A stretch of DNA of 62,259 bases, the filler included. It is 6 parts of 6 records of this genome, joined end to end, with 100 filler letters (N's around TTAATTAATTAA, not from the genome) between each part and the next. Parts side by side here need not be neighbours in the genome. Positions count along the whole stretch, not along the records: positions 49,714 to 62,259 come from SRR31156797_9145; 5 more parts are not named here. The stretch is one strand, 5' to 3'. Below the pieces are notes generated by a model that was given only the letters and a program-made list of their open reading frames with translations, had not been told where the DNA came from and made no database searches. Positions 60,108 through 62,259 of the stretch are shown here, piece by piece (position 1 is the first letter of the stretch; each line of letters begins with the position of its first letter). Position numbers and translations under genes: made by a program.

Positions 60108-62129
60108 ATGGCCCAGATGCAAACCAAACGGCATGTCGAGTTAATCACCCCCCTGGGAGAGGATGTCCTCCTGTTTAAGCGTATGAGCGGCACTGAGGAA
60201 CTGGGGCGGTTGTTCCAGTTCGAACTTGAACTGCTCAGCAGTCAACCGGATATTTCATTCGGGGATCTTCTTGGTCAGAACATCACCATCCGGCTTGATC
60301 TGCCAAACAGAAAAAAGAGATATTTTAACGGATTTGTCACCCGGTTCAACCAGTCTGATGTGAATACCGAGGAAGATTATACGCCCTACAGCGCCACCAT
60401 CAGCCCCTGGCTCTGGTTTCTGACCCGCACGGCCGACTGCCGTATTTTTCAGGAGAAAACGGTTCCGGATATTATCAAGGAGATTTTCAGGGAACACGGA
60501 TTTACGGATTTTGAGGATAAACTGACCGGGTCCTACCGGAATTGGGAATATTGCGTGCAGTACCGGGAAACAGATTTTAATTTTGTCAGCCGGCTCATGG
60601 AGCAGGAGGGCATATATTATTTTTTCAAGCATGAAGAGAACAAGCATATGCTTGTCCTGGCAGATGATATCAGCGCCCATACGGTTTTCCCCGAATATGA
60701 TGAAATTCCTTATTATCCCCCGGATTCAAGCCTGCGACGGGAAAAAGAGCATATTTTTGACTGGTCCATATCCCAGGAGGTAAAGCCGGGCGTCTATGCC
60801 CTGAATGAGTTTAATTTTAAAAAACCCAAGGCCAATATGGAAGTAAAGGCCGCAGTCAGCCGTGACCATGTCCGGAGTGATCTGGAAATTTTTGACTATC
60901 CCGGGGAATATACGGAAGCAGATGAGGGGGAAACTTATGTTCGTGCCCGGATAGAAGAGCTTCATGCCCAATACGAACAGATCAGCGGCCAGGCCAATAC
61001 CAGGGGGCTTTGTGCGGGATATCTGTTTACGCTTTCCGGATACTCCAGAATAGACCAGAACCGGGAATACCTGGTGGAATCGACCACCCATGAGATCGAA
61101 TCCAACGAATACGGCTCTGCCGACAGCGGGGAAGAGGTATATTCTTCCAGTTTTACGGTTCTGGAAAGTAAAACCCCGTTTCGCCCGGCCCGTATCACAC
61201 CCAAACCGCTTGTCCAGGGTCCTCAAACGGCTATTGTTGTGGGAAATCCGGGAGAAGAAATCACCACAGAAGAGTATGGCCGGGTAAAGATCCAGTTTCA
61301 TTGGGACCGGTACGGAAAAAACGATATTGAAAGTTCATGCTGGGTAAGGGTTTCCCACCCCTGGGCCGGCAAAAACTGGGGATCGGTAGCCATTCCCCGA
61401 TATGGGCAGGAAGTTATTGTCGAATTTCTTGAAGGTGATCCGGATCGCCCCATTATTACCGGCCGGGTATATAACAAGGACACCATGCCCCCCTATGCAC
61501 TACCCGGAAGCGGCATGGTCAGCGGAGTGAAATCCAATTCCACGCCCGGGGGGGGAGGCTATAATGAAATGGCCATGGATGACACCAAAGGAAATGAGAA
61601 AATTACCATTCATGCCCAGTATGATATGAATACGACTGTGGAGAATGACCAGACCAATAGGGTGGTATCCGGAAACCGTTCCGTTACCGTGGAAACAGGC
61701 ACTTTTACGGAAACGATCCAGAGCGATACAAGCATCGCCGTCAAGGAAGGCACTTATTCCCATGATGTGGCGGCAAATAAGGCCAAGTACCATGTCAGCG
61801 GCCCATTAACGGAAAATTATGATGCCACCCAGACAACTACGGTTGGCAAAGATATCACCATTACGTCAAATGAATCTAAAATTCATCTTACCGCAGCCAC
61901 GGAAATCCAGCTTCAGGTGGGGGCCAGCACGCTTTTAATGAAAAGTGACGGGACCATTGAACTTTCAGGAATCAATTTGGCCATCGACGGAGCGGCATCT
62001 GTTAATATCTCTGGTCTGTCTATCACTTCAGCGGCGACGGCAGATCACAATACAAGTGGGGCGATCGTTATTTCTTCAGGTACTGCAAGCAATACGGTCA
62101 GCGGTGGCATGGTCATGCTGAATCCGTAG
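60108..62129 (+). CDS. vgrG: T6SS spike protein VgrG, no evolved effector extension
   Basis: YCVQYRETDFNFVSRLME.EG, GPQTA.VVG, GRVKIQFHW, PR.GQEV.V.F.EGDPDRP; ends MVMLNP. Confidence 0.96.
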   Translation: MAQMQTKRHVELITPLGEDVLLFKRMSGTEELGRLFQFELELLSSQPDISFGDLLGQNITIRLDLPNRKKRYFNGFVTRFNQSDVNTEEDYTPYSATISPWLWFLTRTADCRIFQEKTVPDIIKEIFREHGFTDFEDKLTGSYRNWEYCVQYRETDFNFVSRLMEQEGIYYFFKHEENKHMLVLADDISAHTVFPEYDEIPYYPPDSSLRREKEHIFDWSISQEVKPGVYALNEFNFKKPKANMEVKAAVSRDHVRSDLEIFDYPGEYTEADEGETYVRARIEELHAQYEQISGQANTRGLCAGYLFTLSGYSRIDQNREYLVESTTHEIESNEYGSADSGEEVYSSSFTVLESKTPFRPARITPKPLVQGPQTAIVVGNPGEEITTEEYGRVKIQFHWDRYGKNDIESSCWVRVSHPWAGKNWGSVAIPRYGQEVIVEFLEGDPDRPIITGRVYNKDTMPPYALPGSGMVSGVKSNSTPGGGGYNEMAMDDTKGNEKITIHAQYDMNTTVENDQTNRVVSGNRSVTVETGTFTETIQSDTSIAVKEGTYSHDVAANKAKYHVSGPLTENYDATQTTTVGKDITITSNESKIHLTAATEIQLQVGASTLLMKSDGTIELSGINLAIDGAASVNISGLSITSAATADHNTSGAIVISSGTASNTVSGGMVMLNP

Positions 62130-62259
62130 ATACTGTTGGGTTGAAATGAAAATTCCTAAATCATGCCTTGCTTCTCAGTTCCCGGCAAAATAGAAGGAAT
62201 AGGGGCAAAGGGGGTGGGGGGGATCTTCGAAATAACTCCCATGCCCTGGCGGACACAAC

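Noticed and set aside
61500-62129. Evolved VgrG with a toxin domain
   Set aside because: The C-terminus is beta-helix repeats ending MVMLNP, with no enzymatic extension
62146-62259. Short ORF or PAAR start after vgrG
   Set aside because: Only a 15-codon ORF and a 6-codon stub at the edge; not assignable
1-62259. rRNA, tRNA, transposase, integrase or riboswitch
   Set aside because: None recognised by eye; a covariance-model search would be needed to exclude small RNAs

Overview
This window is not one locus. It is six unrelated contigs joined by five 100-nt artificial spacers (N44-TTAATTAATTAA-N44), so synteny only means something within a piece. (1) 1-12442, very AT-rich bacterium: two paralogous MarR regulons whose 18-bp operators can be read from the sequence, an SDR, a YcaQ-like glycosylase, an amidohydrolase, GNATs, a SnoaL-like lipoprotein and an ABC exporter pair. 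It also holds two unannotated small genes and an internally deleted hydrolase relic. (2) 12543-24166, Bacteroidota-type: three secreted surface proteins. One ends in a dockerin-like tail, one carries a T9SS type A CTD, and one is a giant with 20 tandem Ig-like repeats; the last two share a cohesin-like N-terminal domain. (3) 24267-32685, Arcobacter-like Campylobacterota: a B12 glutamate mutase (S, E, L) operon coupled to a divergent adenylate-forming enzyme and interleaved with toxin-antitoxin-like pairs, plus rraA, gltA and an MCP fragment. (4) 32786-41389, Desulfovibrio-like: GGDEF, TRIC/UPF0126, an orphan Trp-rich Nif11 peptide, and a redox-signalling cluster (Fe-S protein end, USP, two receivers, hybrid kinase, Rrf2, heme-c kinase). 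(5) 41490-49613, Spirochaetaceae-like: an ABC substrate-binding gene frameshifted at a C6 tract, Crp/Fnr, TetR, MATE and an IrtAB-like ABC pair. (6) 49714-62259: a T6SS operon, tssB-tssC-hcp-tagJ-tssE-F-G-clpV-tssJ-vgrG. The best candidates for undescribed systems are the cohesin/dockerin-like T9SS surface assembly, the biosynthetic-looking glutamate mutase plus ligase operon, and the MarR paralogues with mirror-swapped operators. All family and taxonomy calls come from motif recognition by eye; no database search was run.
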